Shown here piece by piece: positions 34,972 through 45,164 of a DNA stretch of 64,000 bases. Source of the DNA: Caecitellus pseudoparvulus (lineage: Eukaryota; Protista; Bigyra: Bicosoecida). Where the stretch lies: the NCBI GenBank assembly GCA_965644315.1, contig CBFFRQ010000031.1:310001-374000 (forward strand), read 5' to 3'. The position numbers and the translations under genes are program-made. How positions within the stretch are numbered: position 1 is the stretch's first letter; the number at the start of each line of letters is the position of its first letter. The notes beneath the pieces were generated by a model. That model was given only the letters and a program-made list of their open reading frames with translations. It was not told the DNA's origin and did no database searches.

Positions 34972-36843
34972 TCATTGAGCACGTGTGGCCCACCGCGCAC
35001 CCTGCACCTCTGCGCGCCACTCGGGCAGCAGAGCCTCCCAGGCCGCCCACTCCTGCAGAGACAGCCCTGCCACCTCGCCTTGCAGCGCGGGGCACTTGCT
35101 CAGGGCTGCCTGGGCGCGGCGTGCGCCCTCCACGGCTGCCGAGTGCAGCCGGCGCAAGGCGTTTAGGAGAGCCTCTTCCGTCGGTGCCCGAGGCGGCTGC
35201 TGTGGGGCAGCTTGCAGGCCTGGCATCGCCTGTGCAGGCGCCTGGGTCCTGGGCGCTGGGCGCGATCTGTTGCTCTTGGTCCGCACCTTGGACGCGAGGA
35301 CTGCCGTCAGCACCAGTTGTGCCCCCAGCGCACGCACTCTGCACTGCTCCCGGCGATGAAACAATGCAAGGGCAGTTGGCGCCGCGGGCGAGGGTGGGTC
35401 AGGCCAGAATATGCTGGCTGCAGCATCTGGCGCAGCCGGCAAGAGGGTGCTCAGCTGGCCTGTGCTGGGCGCTACAGCTGCAGCTTCGGCTCCGTGGGCG
35501 GCGCGCTGAGCTGCCACGTGGCGCCGCAGAGTGGCAGACTGCTGCGGCACGGCACTGGACGGGCCGGGTGTGCTGGACAGCGCCGCTGCGTCGTGCAGGC
35601 CGGCCAGCCACCGCTTGCGGGCGGCGAAGGACATGCCGACAGCGTTCCACAGGGGCAGCACGCACTGCTTGGCGTTGGCTTGCAGCGGGGCGGGCAGGCG
35701 AGCCACCAGGTCGGGGCGCTGCAGCTCCCAGGCCGCGGCGGCAGACACTTCTCCCCGCATCTTCTGCTGCAGCGAGGCCAGGCGCTGGGCGGACGCCACT
35801 GCTTCATCGCCGTCATGGGCAGCCAGCCACTGCTTGGCCACTGCTGCGTCGGCACTGCTCGGTGGCGCACGGGCGGCGAAACGCACTCTATCAGCGGCGA
35901 ACGACACGCAGAAAGGCGATGCAGGTTGCAGGGCTTGGGGCAGGGACGCGGGTGCGGCGCTGGGCTGCGGCGACCCCGCCGGCGGCACCATGCCCAGCCA
36001 AGCTGCGCAGGGACACAGGGCAGCATGCCGCAGCAACCACCACACTGGCACGCGCAGAGACACCAGCGTGTGCTGGGACACCCCAGAGCTCTCGCAAGCA
36101 GCGCGCAGGGCGTTGGTGGCCATGGCGCCCAGCAGCTCTTGCACTTGCAGCAGTGTTGCGGCAGCATACAGCGAGCTGGTGCACATGGAGCTGGCCCGGG
36201 CGAGGGCATCGGGAGAGGCAGGCGCCACGTGCCGCCGGCCCTGCTGAGGGCGGGGGCACGCCGGTCCTCCTGCCCGATCACGTCGCCTGCCAGGAGCGGC
36301 TGGCGGAGAGCTGGGCTGGCCTGTGCGGTGCAGGGAACGGGTGAGGTCCCCGAGGCGTATGCGGGGCAGAGCAGCCTGCCGTGCATGGGGCAGGCAGGCG
36401 CGCTGGCCAGCCTGGGCAGCGCCATCGCCCCGGTCCAGCCCACGTGTAACACTAGCCAGAGCAGCTTGTGAGATGAATGCTGGCGAGGACCTGCTGTGCC
36501 CTGCCTCACCCGCAGCTGGGCCGTGTCGGGACAAGTCTCCGCTGTCAACGGCTGCGTCCTTCTGGCGTCGGGAATGACTGGGCGTGGAGGAGGAGCCATC
36601 CAGACGTTGCAAACCAGTGCAGAGGGGCTCGGTAGTCCATTGCTCTGTCGCACTTTGCTGTCCGCTTGGCGCCTGGTGGGCTGGACGCTGCAGGCGTTGT
36701 GGAGTTACAGACGAAACGCCGGCGCCCACTCGAAAGCGGCTGGCTAAGGCTTGAATGTCCTTGTGCAGCGTGTCCAGTGCCCCCCCCATGTCAAGTTCAT
36801 CAGGTGATGCGCTGCGGTGTGTGTGGTCCCACGCATCCTCCAT
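34972..36843 (-). CDS. Hypothetical protein
   Basis: Long ORF filling the gap; start chosen at ATG 36843; no family recognised with confidence. Confidence 0.5.
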   Translation of the reverse strand: MEDAWDHTHRSASPDELDMGGALDTLHKDIQALASRFRVGAGVSSVTPQRLQRPAHQAPSGQQSATEQWTTEPLCTGLQRLDGSSSTPSHSRRQKDAAVDSGDLSRHGPAAGEAGHSRSSPAFISQAALASVTRGLDRGDGAAQAGQRACLPHARQAALPRIRLGDLTRSLHRTGQPSSPPAAPGRRRDRAGGPACPRPQQGRRHVAPASPDALARASSMCTSSLYAAATLLQVQELLGAMATNALRAACESSGVSQHTLVSLRVPVWWLLRHAALCPCAAWLGMVPPAGSPQPSAAPASLPQALQPASPFCVSFAADRVRFAARAPPSSADAAVAKQWLAAHDGDEAVASAQRLASLQQKMRGEVSAAAAWELQRPDLVARLPAPLQANAKQCVLPLWNAVGMSFAARKRWLAGLHDAAALSSTPGPSSAVPQQSATLRRHVAAQRAAHGAEAAAVAPSTGQLSTLLPAAPDAAASIFWPDPPSPAAPTALALFHRREQCRVRALGAQLVLTAVLASKVRTKSNRSRPAPRTQAPAQAMPGLQAAPQQPPRAPTEEALLNALRRLHSAAVEGARRAQAALSKCPALQGEVAGLSLQEWAAWEALLPEWRAEVQGARWATRAQ

Positions 36844-37307
36844 GCCAAGCAGGCTGGAGGCCACTGCGACACGTGCTTCTCCGCTCTTGACGTGCAATGA
36901 CATACCAACCACCACGACTCGGGGGCAGCTGCGGACAGAGCAGCGCCACAGAGAGATGTTGAGTCTCAAAATGTGATGTACACATTTCATGTGAATGCTG
37001 TCTGCACGAAGTGCTTGCGCATCCCCCTGGCACAGCACTGCAGCGGCACAACTCACCAACAAGAACTGCGGCAAGTTGTACCAGAAACCCCACAACACGA
37101 AGCCGGGTGTGCGATAGCGCGAGTCACGCAGAGCACTCACACCGCCCCAGCTGCTGTCCCTGTGCCTCAACTGCAATTCCTTGCTTTTCCCCCGCAACTT
37201 TGGCGCGACACAGCCACGCTTGGCCCTGCGCAAGCACTGGCGCGGCCCCCCGCGGGAACGCGCCGAGCCCAGGCGGCAGGCCTGCGTGGCTCAGCGAGCA
37301 GAGCACC

Positions 37308-38726
37308 ATGGCGGCCGAAGCCCGCCGTCCCCAGCCAGACTGCTGCTTCCCGGACTGGGACTGTGACCTGGCAGCTGCCCGAATCGAAGCCGGTCTCCGC
37401 GCTGGGAAGGTCTTCCTGCGGCAGCCACCCCTGCCCCTGGACATCGGCAGCGGCGGCATCTTGCGGCAGGACACACAGCCTGAGCCAGGGAAAGTGGAGG
37501 ACGTGCCGTTCATCCGGACTACCCTGGGCGTGCACCAGCTGGATGCCCAGCGCAGGTTCTTGCTCTGCGCGCGGAACTTGCCGGAGCCAACCGTTGCCAG
37601 CCTGGACAAGACGGCGAGCCACCTGCTGGCTGTGCGCCGAGGCACGTCGCCGGAGTGCGTGCAGAGGGCGAAGGACGCCTTTGCTGACAGCGTCCAACTG
37701 CGGTATGTGACTGAGGCCATGCAGCCTGTGCTGCGGGCGGTGCAGGTGCCCTCCACGGGCCGCACGGAGGTGCGGGAGGTGCCCGTGGTGTACTTCATTG
37801 GCTGGAGCATCACGTCCGGGCCCAAGGCTGGGAAGGTGGCGCTGCTGGCGACGCACGTGAGCAAGCGGGACGAAGGCGCCCGCATCATCACCCGTGGCGT
37901 GCGCCCGACGTCGGAGATGGCGGAGGAGCTGGAGGGTCACCCGGACATCACCCCAGGCACCTGCTTCTGCGCCATCTTCGCACACGTCCTGCCGCTCAGC
38001 AGCGAGCAGGGGCAGGTGGGCTTCCACCTGCACTTGCAGCTGCCGCACTGCCCGCCCATTCTAACGCCCCGCTTCAAGGTGCTCAAGACGCACAGCTCAA
38101 AGCTGACGCACGTGGACACCATCCGGAAACCCCTCCCCTTCTCCACCCGGGAACCACCCGGCCCCTGGGGCACGGAATCCCGGCGGGAGGGGCCGCCGAC
38201 CTCAGCGGGCCGGGGGCCCCGCCCCGCCCCCATCCCTGACATCGGCGCCGCAGAAGCCAGCGCCAAGTTTGCGCAGGAGGCTGCCTCGCCCCCCACCGCC
38301 CAGGCCGTGCCCCTTGCCGTCTCGAGTCGCGCACAAAAAAGCAGCGGCCCCAAAGCGCCGGCACGCCTCGCAAACAAGGCCGTGCCCCTCGTCGTCTCCA
38401 GGCAAGCCCTGGAGAGCAGTCAGCGCGCAGAGCCTTCCATTCCCGTGGCGGGCGTCCCGCGCCCTGCGTCCAGCCTGGGTTTCGAGAGCAGCCGACACGC
38501 GGAGCCGCCGTTCTCCTTCGCAGGCATGTCGCTGCAGCGAGCTCAGACCTGGGACTCGGCGCTGTCCTGTGTGCCCAGCAGCATGGCGCCACTGGTGGAG
38601 GCTGCCAGCGCCCTGGCCGACGTGGCCGCCATGGCAGGGCGGCCTGGCGCGGAGTCCCCCGTCAGCCTGGGGACGTCTTCAGATGACGGCGGCGTGTACA
38701 GCGCCAAACGGGCCAGGAGAGGCTGA
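37308..38726 (+). CDS. Hypothetical nuclear protein (globular N-terminal half, disordered tail, terminal NLS-like KRARR)
   Basis: ORF with GC3-rich codons; ACCATGG start context. Confidence 0.6.
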   Translation: MAAEARRPQPDCCFPDWDCDLAAARIEAGLRAGKVFLRQPPLPLDIGSGGILRQDTQPEPGKVEDVPFIRTTLGVHQLDAQRRFLLCARNLPEPTVASLDKTASHLLAVRRGTSPECVQRAKDAFADSVQLRYVTEAMQPVLRAVQVPSTGRTEVREVPVVYFIGWSITSGPKAGKVALLATHVSKRDEGARIITRGVRPTSEMAEELEGHPDITPGTCFCAIFAHVLPLSSEQGQVGFHLHLQLPHCPPILTPRFKVLKTHSSKLTHVDTIRKPLPFSTREPPGPWGTESRREGPPTSAGRGPRPAPIPDIGAAEASAKFAQEAASPPTAQAVPLAVSSRAQKSSGPKAPARLANKAVPLVVSRQALESSQRAEPSIPVAGVPRPASSLGFESSRHAEPPFSFAGMSLQRAQTWDSALSCVPSSMAPLVEAASALADVAAMAGRPGAESPVSLGTSSDDGGVYSAKRARRG

Positions 38727-38797
38727 GCCTGCCCTGCCTTGCCTTGAGTGTCGCCGGGTTCGAGTGTGTTTGTATTGCGGAGGGGGTCTGCACAGCC

Positions 38798-40510
38798 TCA
38801 GTCCAAGCTGGGCAACCCTTCGAAGCAGGCTTTTGAAGCGAAGAAGCCCCCTGTGACGCGGGACAGCCCCCCCAGGTGAGAAGCGCGCAGGACGTTTGAG
38901 GAGAGGAACCTCTGCCTCACGCCTTGCAAGCTGGCATCCCCGTCAACGTGTGCCGAGTTGCCGTGCGGGCCGTCCAGGTTCCCGAACTGGTCCAGCACCT
39001 TGCCCGGCGTGGCCGGCGCCTCGCCCACCTCAGCGCCGCATGCTGACTGCCGGGCTGGCGAGTGACTCGGCTTGAGCGAGGCCTGGCGGGGGGCGCGTAG
39101 CAGGCGGGTGTACTCCGGCACAGCAAGGTCGGGGGAGTCCGCCTGGGTGGGGGGCAGGGTGGGGAAGTAGAACGGCATTTCCTGGAAACTGCCGTAACTG
39201 GGCTCGAGCGAGGACTTGTCCTTCCGCCACCGCGCAATGTACGCCTCCGCTTTTTCGGGGGGGCAGCTCTCCACCAGGTTCGCAAAGATGCTGTCCCACT
39301 CCTCTACACCCGTCGTGCCGGTGGCGCCCCAGTACAGCCCCACGCTCCACAGCAGGCCGGGGGTCTCCCTGAGCAGGGCCCGAAACCGCTCCAGCGGAGT
39401 CCCCGAACCCTGGCACACTAAACCCAGCCTGTATATGTCCTGCGGCAGGTACACTTCCACCTCCGGCAGGATGTGCACCGCCGCCTCCGGGACCCACCAG
39501 CACACGCATGCCTTGGACGGATACGCCGTGAGGACTGGGTCGGAGGACGCCACGCCCTTCTGTGCACACTTGCGGAGGTAGCGCAGGGTCCGCACGCCGA
39601 CGACGTTGTCAGTGATGCCCGGCATCTCGAAGAGCCCCATCGCCGCCACGGCCAGCATCTGCGTGTCATCCTCGTCCGGGTCCCACGCGGAGTGCGGGGG
39701 GGTGGCTGTCCCCGTCATCTTGCCGTGAGCCGCCGCCAGTGCCTTGACCATGGCCGGCTGCATGACTCGCTGGGCACGGGTGGGGTCGGAGCACTCCTTT
39801 GTCGTGCCCAGTCTGTCGTGCATGCGCTTGCTCAGCTCCAGCGCAGCGACGTGGTGCCCCACCTGCTGCAGCGCCACAATCAGGCTCACGGCAGAGTAAG
39901 GCTCCGTCCGCCAGTCCAGCAGGCAGCGCTGCGCGAGAGCCAGCGCTTCGCTGGGGTGGCCCAGGTGCAGCAGGCTCATCACCGCCAAGTGGTATGCGTG
40001 GAGCACTGGCATGGCGCACTCATGCTGCACGGCCGCCAGGTCTTGGGCAGGCACGCCAACGGGGAAGAGAGCCATGCGCAAGTCGCAGTGCAGCTCCAGG
40101 ACATCTTCCGCCAGGGCCAGGGACCCTTCGTAGTACATCTTCTCATACTGCCGCTCTGCCTGCCGCACCCGAGCCTGGGTGTGGGGGCCGAGCAGCTTCA
40201 CCCCCCTCCTCCACGCGGCGTAGGGGCAGCCTCCCAGCGGCACCGCGAAGATGCCAAAGTTGGCCAGCTCCTCTGCGCGAGTGCACAGGTCCCAGCGAGG
40301 CGAGTCCAGCTCTGGCGCTACCACGGCGCTCACGCTGTGCCCAGGTGTCGTCGCAGCCGCCGAGCCGGCCCGCGTGCCCCTTTCGCCTGGCGGGCTCAAT
40401 CCGTGCGCCCCACGCTGTACAAGTTGCCGCAAGTTGTGCAGCATCTCCGGTGAGATCTGGGACAGAAACTCCTCCTCCGCGAGATCCCAGGGGGCATCCT
40501 TTGATGCCAT
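38798..40510 (-). CDS. Hypothetical protein with TPR-like helices
   Basis: LLHLGHPSEALALAQRCL and ALQQVGHHVAALELSKR TPR-like segments; GCCATGG start. Confidence 0.6.
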   Translation of the reverse strand: MASKDAPWDLAEEEFLSQISPEMLHNLRQLVQRGAHGLSPPGERGTRAGSAAATTPGHSVSAVVAPELDSPRWDLCTRAEELANFGIFAVPLGGCPYAAWRRGVKLLGPHTQARVRQAERQYEKMYYEGSLALAEDVLELHCDLRMALFPVGVPAQDLAAVQHECAMPVLHAYHLAVMSLLHLGHPSEALALAQRCLLDWRTEPYSAVSLIVALQQVGHHVAALELSKRMHDRLGTTKECSDPTRAQRVMQPAMVKALAAAHGKMTGTATPPHSAWDPDEDDTQMLAVAAMGLFEMPGITDNVVGVRTLRYLRKCAQKGVASSDPVLTAYPSKACVCWWVPEAAVHILPEVEVYLPQDIYRLGLVCQGSGTPLERFRALLRETPGLLWSVGLYWGATGTTGVEEWDSIFANLVESCPPEKAEAYIARWRKDKSSLEPSYGSFQEMPFYFPTLPPTQADSPDLAVPEYTRLLRAPRQASLKPSHSPARQSACGAEVGEAPATPGKVLDQFGNLDGPHGNSAHVDGDASLQGVRQRFLSSNVLRASHLGGLSRVTGGFFASKACFEGLPSLD

Positions 40511-41074
40511 GGCAGCTCCAGGGTGGTACGCGGAAATTGGACCACCCAAAGCTGGCTGTGCGGTGCAGCGGCTGCAGGGGGCAGCAAGCCTGGTGCAACT
40601 CGTTCAGGTGCAGGGCACAGTTGATCTGCTTCGCTTGTCTCCACTTGCGGCGAGTTTCCGTGCACCCTCTCCCCAGCAGCGCGCCTTCGCGACAGCTCAG
40701 CAGGCGGCGGGTGGTCCACGAGGTGGTTCGTCTGGACCTCCTCACGCGTGCACAGCACTTTCCAGGAGAGGAGAGGAGGGAAGCGGGTTGTTCCTGAGTG
40801 TGGGCTTGAGGCTTGCCACTGCCAACGAGCGGGTTGTGGGGTGGGGCGGCGACTGCGGGACCGCATCAGCCTCGAGAATAAAGAAGGAGGCTCTTGACCA
40901 ACGGCACATTTCACACGCCCCACATGCACAGCGCTGCTGTGACACCCCAAACCCCCACGCATGTGAAGCTTGCTTGGCGCCTGGTGCACTCTGTGTTGCC
41001 GTGCTGCGCTGGCACGGCCACCCGCCCGTGGCCACTGCGCCGCTGCGGCATCAAGTGCAGCAACAGCTGCCGGC

Positions 41075-43021
41075 ATGGCAGGCGCAGATGTGCGGCAGCA
41101 CACCAGCGCAGGGGGCAGCTGGCACAACTCCGCTGATGAGGCGCTCATCAAGAGTCTGTTTGAAATTGAGGCTGTACGGTCGGACCGCTCGCTTGGCAGC
41201 TTGCTAGGTGAGGGCAGCCAGGTTGCTGCTGGCCGGGTCAACTTCCGCAAAGCGCCGCCCCTTGCGCGCTGCAGATGGAAAGCGATTCCACAAGCTGCTG
41301 CGGGAGCACTTCGCGGTGTCTCTCGTCGTGGGCAGGATAACGTCAATTTTCAATGGCGTGTGCAAGGCCGTGGGGGGGCCCAACAGTCGGTGCGTCTCAG
41401 CCAACGTCTCGGCGCGGCAGGTCCCGCCAGCACCTGGCTCGCTGGCCGTCGCAGGTACGTGGACTTCCCCGCCTTCATGGGGGCGCTGCGGCAAATCGCC
41501 TGCTTCGAGTTCCCGGACCAAGCACCAGAGGCAGCCATGGACAGCTTGCTGGCCCACGCTCGGCAACTGCGCGCCCAGCATGCCAAAACGCCCAAACGCG
41601 GCTCCCAGCCCCGCCAGGCCCGGAGCCACCCCTTCCAAGCGCGCCACGAAGACGCTGTGGCTGCACTGCTGCATCGCATGCACCTGGTTGAGTGGAGGGA
41701 GGCCCTGCGTGGGCTGGGCGTGCTGCACGCAGTTGACTTGGGCGGCGTGGGCCTGGCAGACCTGCTGCGTTGCGGCATGGACAAGAAGCAGGCCACCAGG
41801 CTGCTGGATGCCGTGGGGGCCTTGGACAGGGCAGGTGCCCTCGTGGCCGCCGACGCACATGAGGCCAGGGCCCAGGCGGCGACGCAGCACCGCAGTGTGG
41901 CGGCGGGTGGCAGTGCCAGCACTGGCAGCTCTGCCACTTCCGAAGCGGGTGAAGAGTTCACGTGGGAAGAGTGCATGCGAGACGATGGCTTCGTGTACTA
42001 CCACAACCATCGCACAGGTGAGAGCAGCTGGGACGACCCGCCTGCAGGGGAGCCTGTGCTGACGCTGGCACGCAAGCAGCGCCAGGTGCGCAGTGCCGCA
42101 CAAGCCAGCACAGGCGGTGAGCTGTACCAGCAACACTGGCCGCGCGGTGAGGAGAGAGGCGGCTGGCGCGATACTTGGCAGAGCGTTGTGCCTGCTGAGC
42201 AGACGGATGATGCAAGTGAAGCGGGAGCAGGGGCCCTGTTCACGCCCGTGCAGCGCCGTGCGGAGGTTCGGCGGCAGCGAGGCTCGTACGCTGACAGCGT
42301 CGCTTCGGGGGCGCCCAGTTTGCCAGCCGAAGAGGTGGGCGCCCATTTGGCGCGAAAGGCGGAGCAGTCCCTGGTCGCTGCCAGCACTGCGCCGGGGCCA
42401 GCGCGCAGTGTTCGGCGGGGGGACATGCTGCGTTTCACTGACGAGGAGTTGGACGAGGCGTTTCGGGACGCCCCTCCCATGACGCGGGAGACAAAGCTGG
42501 CCATAGCCAAGTCCCACGTCTTCAGTTCCACGCGTGTGCGGGGGTATGCCGACCCTCGCCCCGATTTGCGCCCCGTCGAGCTGCAGCACATGCGCGCACC
42601 GGCCGAGCACGCGGCGGAAGTGAACCAGCTGAAGGGGCGAGACCGGGCCTTTGCCGGCTCCCTGCGCAAGTCCCACCACCGCTCCCAGCGCTCCCTGGGA
42701 GGCCTGGCAGGCAGCAAGCGCCCGTGGAACGGCGGCAGCAAGCCCCCCAGTGACGCAGTGCCGAGCTACGCCTATCGCCACGCTGCCGCGACAGAGCAAG
42801 GCAATGTGTTTGACCGCCTGACAGACAGCCGGGGCTTCACGGGGTCCCACCGACACCGTTTCGACGCCAAGGGGCGCGGCCTGGGCCTCAAGGGCCGGGG
42901 CGACGACGTCAGTGACTACGGGAAAGTGGTCCTGAACACGCCTGCGCCGGGGGAGGGGGCTCCGTGGCTGATCGACCCCCCCCGCGGCAGGCTCTCCACC
43001 CCCCGCGGCCAGAAGAAGTGA
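41075..43021 (+). CDS. TPPP/p25-alpha-like multidomain protein (p25-alpha N part, SAM-like, WW, p25-alpha C part)
   Basis: Introns 41208-41274 and 41390-41454 give LDGKRFHKLLRE...IFNGV...RYVDFPAFMGALRQIA; WW domain WEECMRDDGFVYYHNHRTGESSWDDP; VFDRLTDSRGFTGSHRHRFDAKGRGLGLKGR. Confidence 0.8.
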   Translation: MAGADVRQHTSAGGSWHNSADEALIKSLFEIEAVRSDRSLGSLLGEGSQVAAGRVNFRKAPPLARCRWKAIPQAAAGALRGVSRRGQDNVNFQWRVQGRGGAQQSVRLSQRLGAAGPASTWLAGRRRYVDFPAFMGALRQIACFEFPDQAPEAAMDSLLAHARQLRAQHAKTPKRGSQPRQARSHPFQARHEDAVAALLHRMHLVEWREALRGLGVLHAVDLGGVGLADLLRCGMDKKQATRLLDAVGALDRAGALVAADAHEARAQAATQHRSVAAGGSASTGSSATSEAGEEFTWEECMRDDGFVYYHNHRTGESSWDDPPAGEPVLTLARKQRQVRSAAQASTGGELYQQHWPRGEERGGWRDTWQSVVPAEQTDDASEAGAGALFTPVQRRAEVRRQRGSYADSVASGAPSLPAEEVGAHLARKAEQSLVAASTAPGPARSVRRGDMLRFTDEELDEAFRDAPPMTRETKLAIAKSHVFSSTRVRGYADPRPDLRPVELQHMRAPAEHAAEVNQLKGRDRAFAGSLRKSHHRSQRSLGGLAGSKRPWNGGSKPPSDAVPSYAYRHAAATEQGNVFDRLTDSRGFTGSHRHRFDAKGRGLGLKGRGDDVSDYGKVVLNTPAPGEGAPWLIDPPRGRLSTPRGQKK

Positions 43022-43127
43022 CCCGCAGCACGGCAACCCCTGACTCAATACACACAAGCTGCGAGTCTTCTCAGGCGGTAGGCGCAAGCAGTGCCGCCGG
43101 CACTGTTTGCACACTCAGCTGGCTGCC

Positions 43128-45032
43128 ATGTCTGCAGAGGGCGATGGCGCGTCGCTGCTTGGCTCGGATGAGCCCGGCACTGGCTGCTCCTGCCGCAGCC
43201 GGCGGTGCTGGGTGATACGCATCGTCAGCACTGCTCTGGCAGTTATCGCGGCAGTCGCTGTCGGCATCCTCCTCCCACGGTACCTACACGAGGGAGACGG
43301 CAAGGCGGCGCCAGAACCCAGCGCCTTCGAAACCAGCTGCTCACTGTGGTGCTCCAGCCCTCTGCTGAGCGCTGTGGAGCTCCAGGCGGTGTTCAATGAC
43401 AGTAAGACCTTCGTTGACATGCCCCTCTGGTACAACACGTCGGTGGAGGCAACCCTGGACGCATTCAAGGAGTGGGAAGGGAGCCTTGCGGATTTTGTGC
43501 ACGAGAACTTTCAGCCGGCTGGTACGGGGCTGGAGAAGGCCCATTTGGGAGATTGGCAGCCCAGCCCGCCCGCCCTGGCCCTCCAGAATTCCACCTTGCG
43601 AGGATGGGCACATGCCCTGCACGCGCTGTGGAGTGAGCAGTTCGCCCGGCAGGTGTCCAACGACACGCTGGCGCACCCGAGCCTGGGCACCCTGCTGCCG
43701 CTGCCCCACACCATCGTCGTGCCGGGGGGGCGCTTCAGGGAAGTGTACTACTGGGACTCGTACTGGGTCCTGCTGGGCCTCCTGCGCGGCGGCCTGCTGG
43801 ACACCAGTCGGGCCCTCCTGGCCAACATGGCGTGGCAACTGGAGCAGTTCGGCTTCATCCCCAACGGCGCCCGCACGTACTACGCTGCTTCCTCTGCCGC
43901 CCGCAGCCAGCCACCCATGTTCTCAGAGATGGTCCTGGCCGTCGCGCAGGCCACCAATGACAAGGGCATCCTGGCAGCTTACGCCCCTGCCATGGGGGCC
44001 GAGTTGGAGTACTGGTTGAAGGAGCACACTGTGAAGGTTGGGCGCCACACCCTGTTCCGCTACACCACCACAGCGACACAGCCCCGTCCAGAGTCTTTTC
44101 GGGAGGACGCACAGCACGCCCAGGCGGCGGGCTTCCCTTCCCTGGCCGCGGCCGGCTCAGCCGGACTTTTCGCGGAAATCGCCGGCGCTGCCGAGACGGG
44201 CTGGGACTTCTCCTCCCGCTGGCTGCACCCAGCGCCAGAGCCAGGCACCTTCGACTTCACCAACATGCACACGTCATGCGTTCTACCGGCAGACCTGAAC
44301 AGCATCCTGTACCGATACCTGCTGAATGTCGTGTATGCCCTTGACATGCTGGGCGACGATGCGCCAGCCCTGCCGCGCTCACGGGATGCATACGCAGACC
44401 TGGCCGCGCAGCTGGCCACCAGCATCCGGCAGGTGCTGTGGCAGCCAGGTGTGGGTGTGTGGGCAGATGCTGTGAACCCAGCCCATGAGGCGGCAGTGCC
44501 CACGTGTCCTGCCGAGGTGCCAGATGCGACCGCCCTGCAGCTGAGGCGTGGCACAGCAGCTGCCTTTGTGGGCATGTGGGCGGGATGTGGGCGGCGGGCC
44601 CCGCGTGGCCCGTCCACAGCGGCCGTGCCGTGTGTGTGGAACACTGGAAACGCCAGCGAGGTGGGCCTGACCACGGCCACCCTTGTGGGGGGTCCGCTGT
44701 GGCAGGCCAACGGCGTCATGACGTCAGCCGTGTACACGGGGCAGCAGTGGGACGCCCCCTGTGGCTGGGCACCCCTGCAGTGGTGGCTGCACGAAGGCCT
44801 GCTGGCTGGGGGGCAGCCACAGCACGCGCGTGAGCTGGCCCGGCGCTGGCTGGCGACGAACCTGCAGGGGTGGCAGGCAGACGGCGTGATGTACGAGAAG
44901 TACAACGTGACGGGCCCACCAGGGCACAGGTGCAGCGGCGGGGAGTACACGCCGCAGAGCGGCTTTGGCTGGACCAATGGCGTGGCGCTGGACTTCATGG
45001 TGCGGTACAACTTCACCTCCCTCGCGGCGTGA
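43128..45032 (+). CDS. GH37 trehalase, type II membrane-anchored
   Basis: DSKTFVDMP, VVPGGRFREVYYWDSY, RSQPP, PRPESFRED, AETGWDFSSRW, QWDAPCGWAPLQ, YEKYN, GFGWTNGV. Confidence 0.95.
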   Translation: MSAEGDGASLLGSDEPGTGCSCRSRRCWVIRIVSTALAVIAAVAVGILLPRYLHEGDGKAAPEPSAFETSCSLWCSSPLLSAVELQAVFNDSKTFVDMPLWYNTSVEATLDAFKEWEGSLADFVHENFQPAGTGLEKAHLGDWQPSPPALALQNSTLRGWAHALHALWSEQFARQVSNDTLAHPSLGTLLPLPHTIVVPGGRFREVYYWDSYWVLLGLLRGGLLDTSRALLANMAWQLEQFGFIPNGARTYYAASSAARSQPPMFSEMVLAVAQATNDKGILAAYAPAMGAELEYWLKEHTVKVGRHTLFRYTTTATQPRPESFREDAQHAQAAGFPSLAAAGSAGLFAEIAGAAETGWDFSSRWLHPAPEPGTFDFTNMHTSCVLPADLNSILYRYLLNVVYALDMLGDDAPALPRSRDAYADLAAQLATSIRQVLWQPGVGVWADAVNPAHEAAVPTCPAEVPDATALQLRRGTAAAFVGMWAGCGRRAPRGPSTAAVPCVWNTGNASEVGLTTATLVGGPLWQANGVMTSAVYTGQQWDAPCGWAPLQWWLHEGLLAGGQPQHARELARRWLATNLQGWQADGVMYEKYNVTGPPGHRCSGGEYTPQSGFGWTNGVALDFMVRYNFTSLAA

Positions 45033-45164
45033 GGGCGCAATGCAGCGCTCAGCGCACTTTCTAACAACACACCCACTCCGGTCAGCCACACTGCTCGCTT
45101 GTTGCCTGCGCCTGGCGCCACCCACCGCCGACTGCGCTGCCCGCGGCGTCCGTCCACCTGCAGC

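Noticed and set aside
36969-36987. AAATGTG-N5-CACATTT inverted repeat resembling a bacterial CRP box
   Set aside because: Wrong spacing, single occurrence and eukaryotic context
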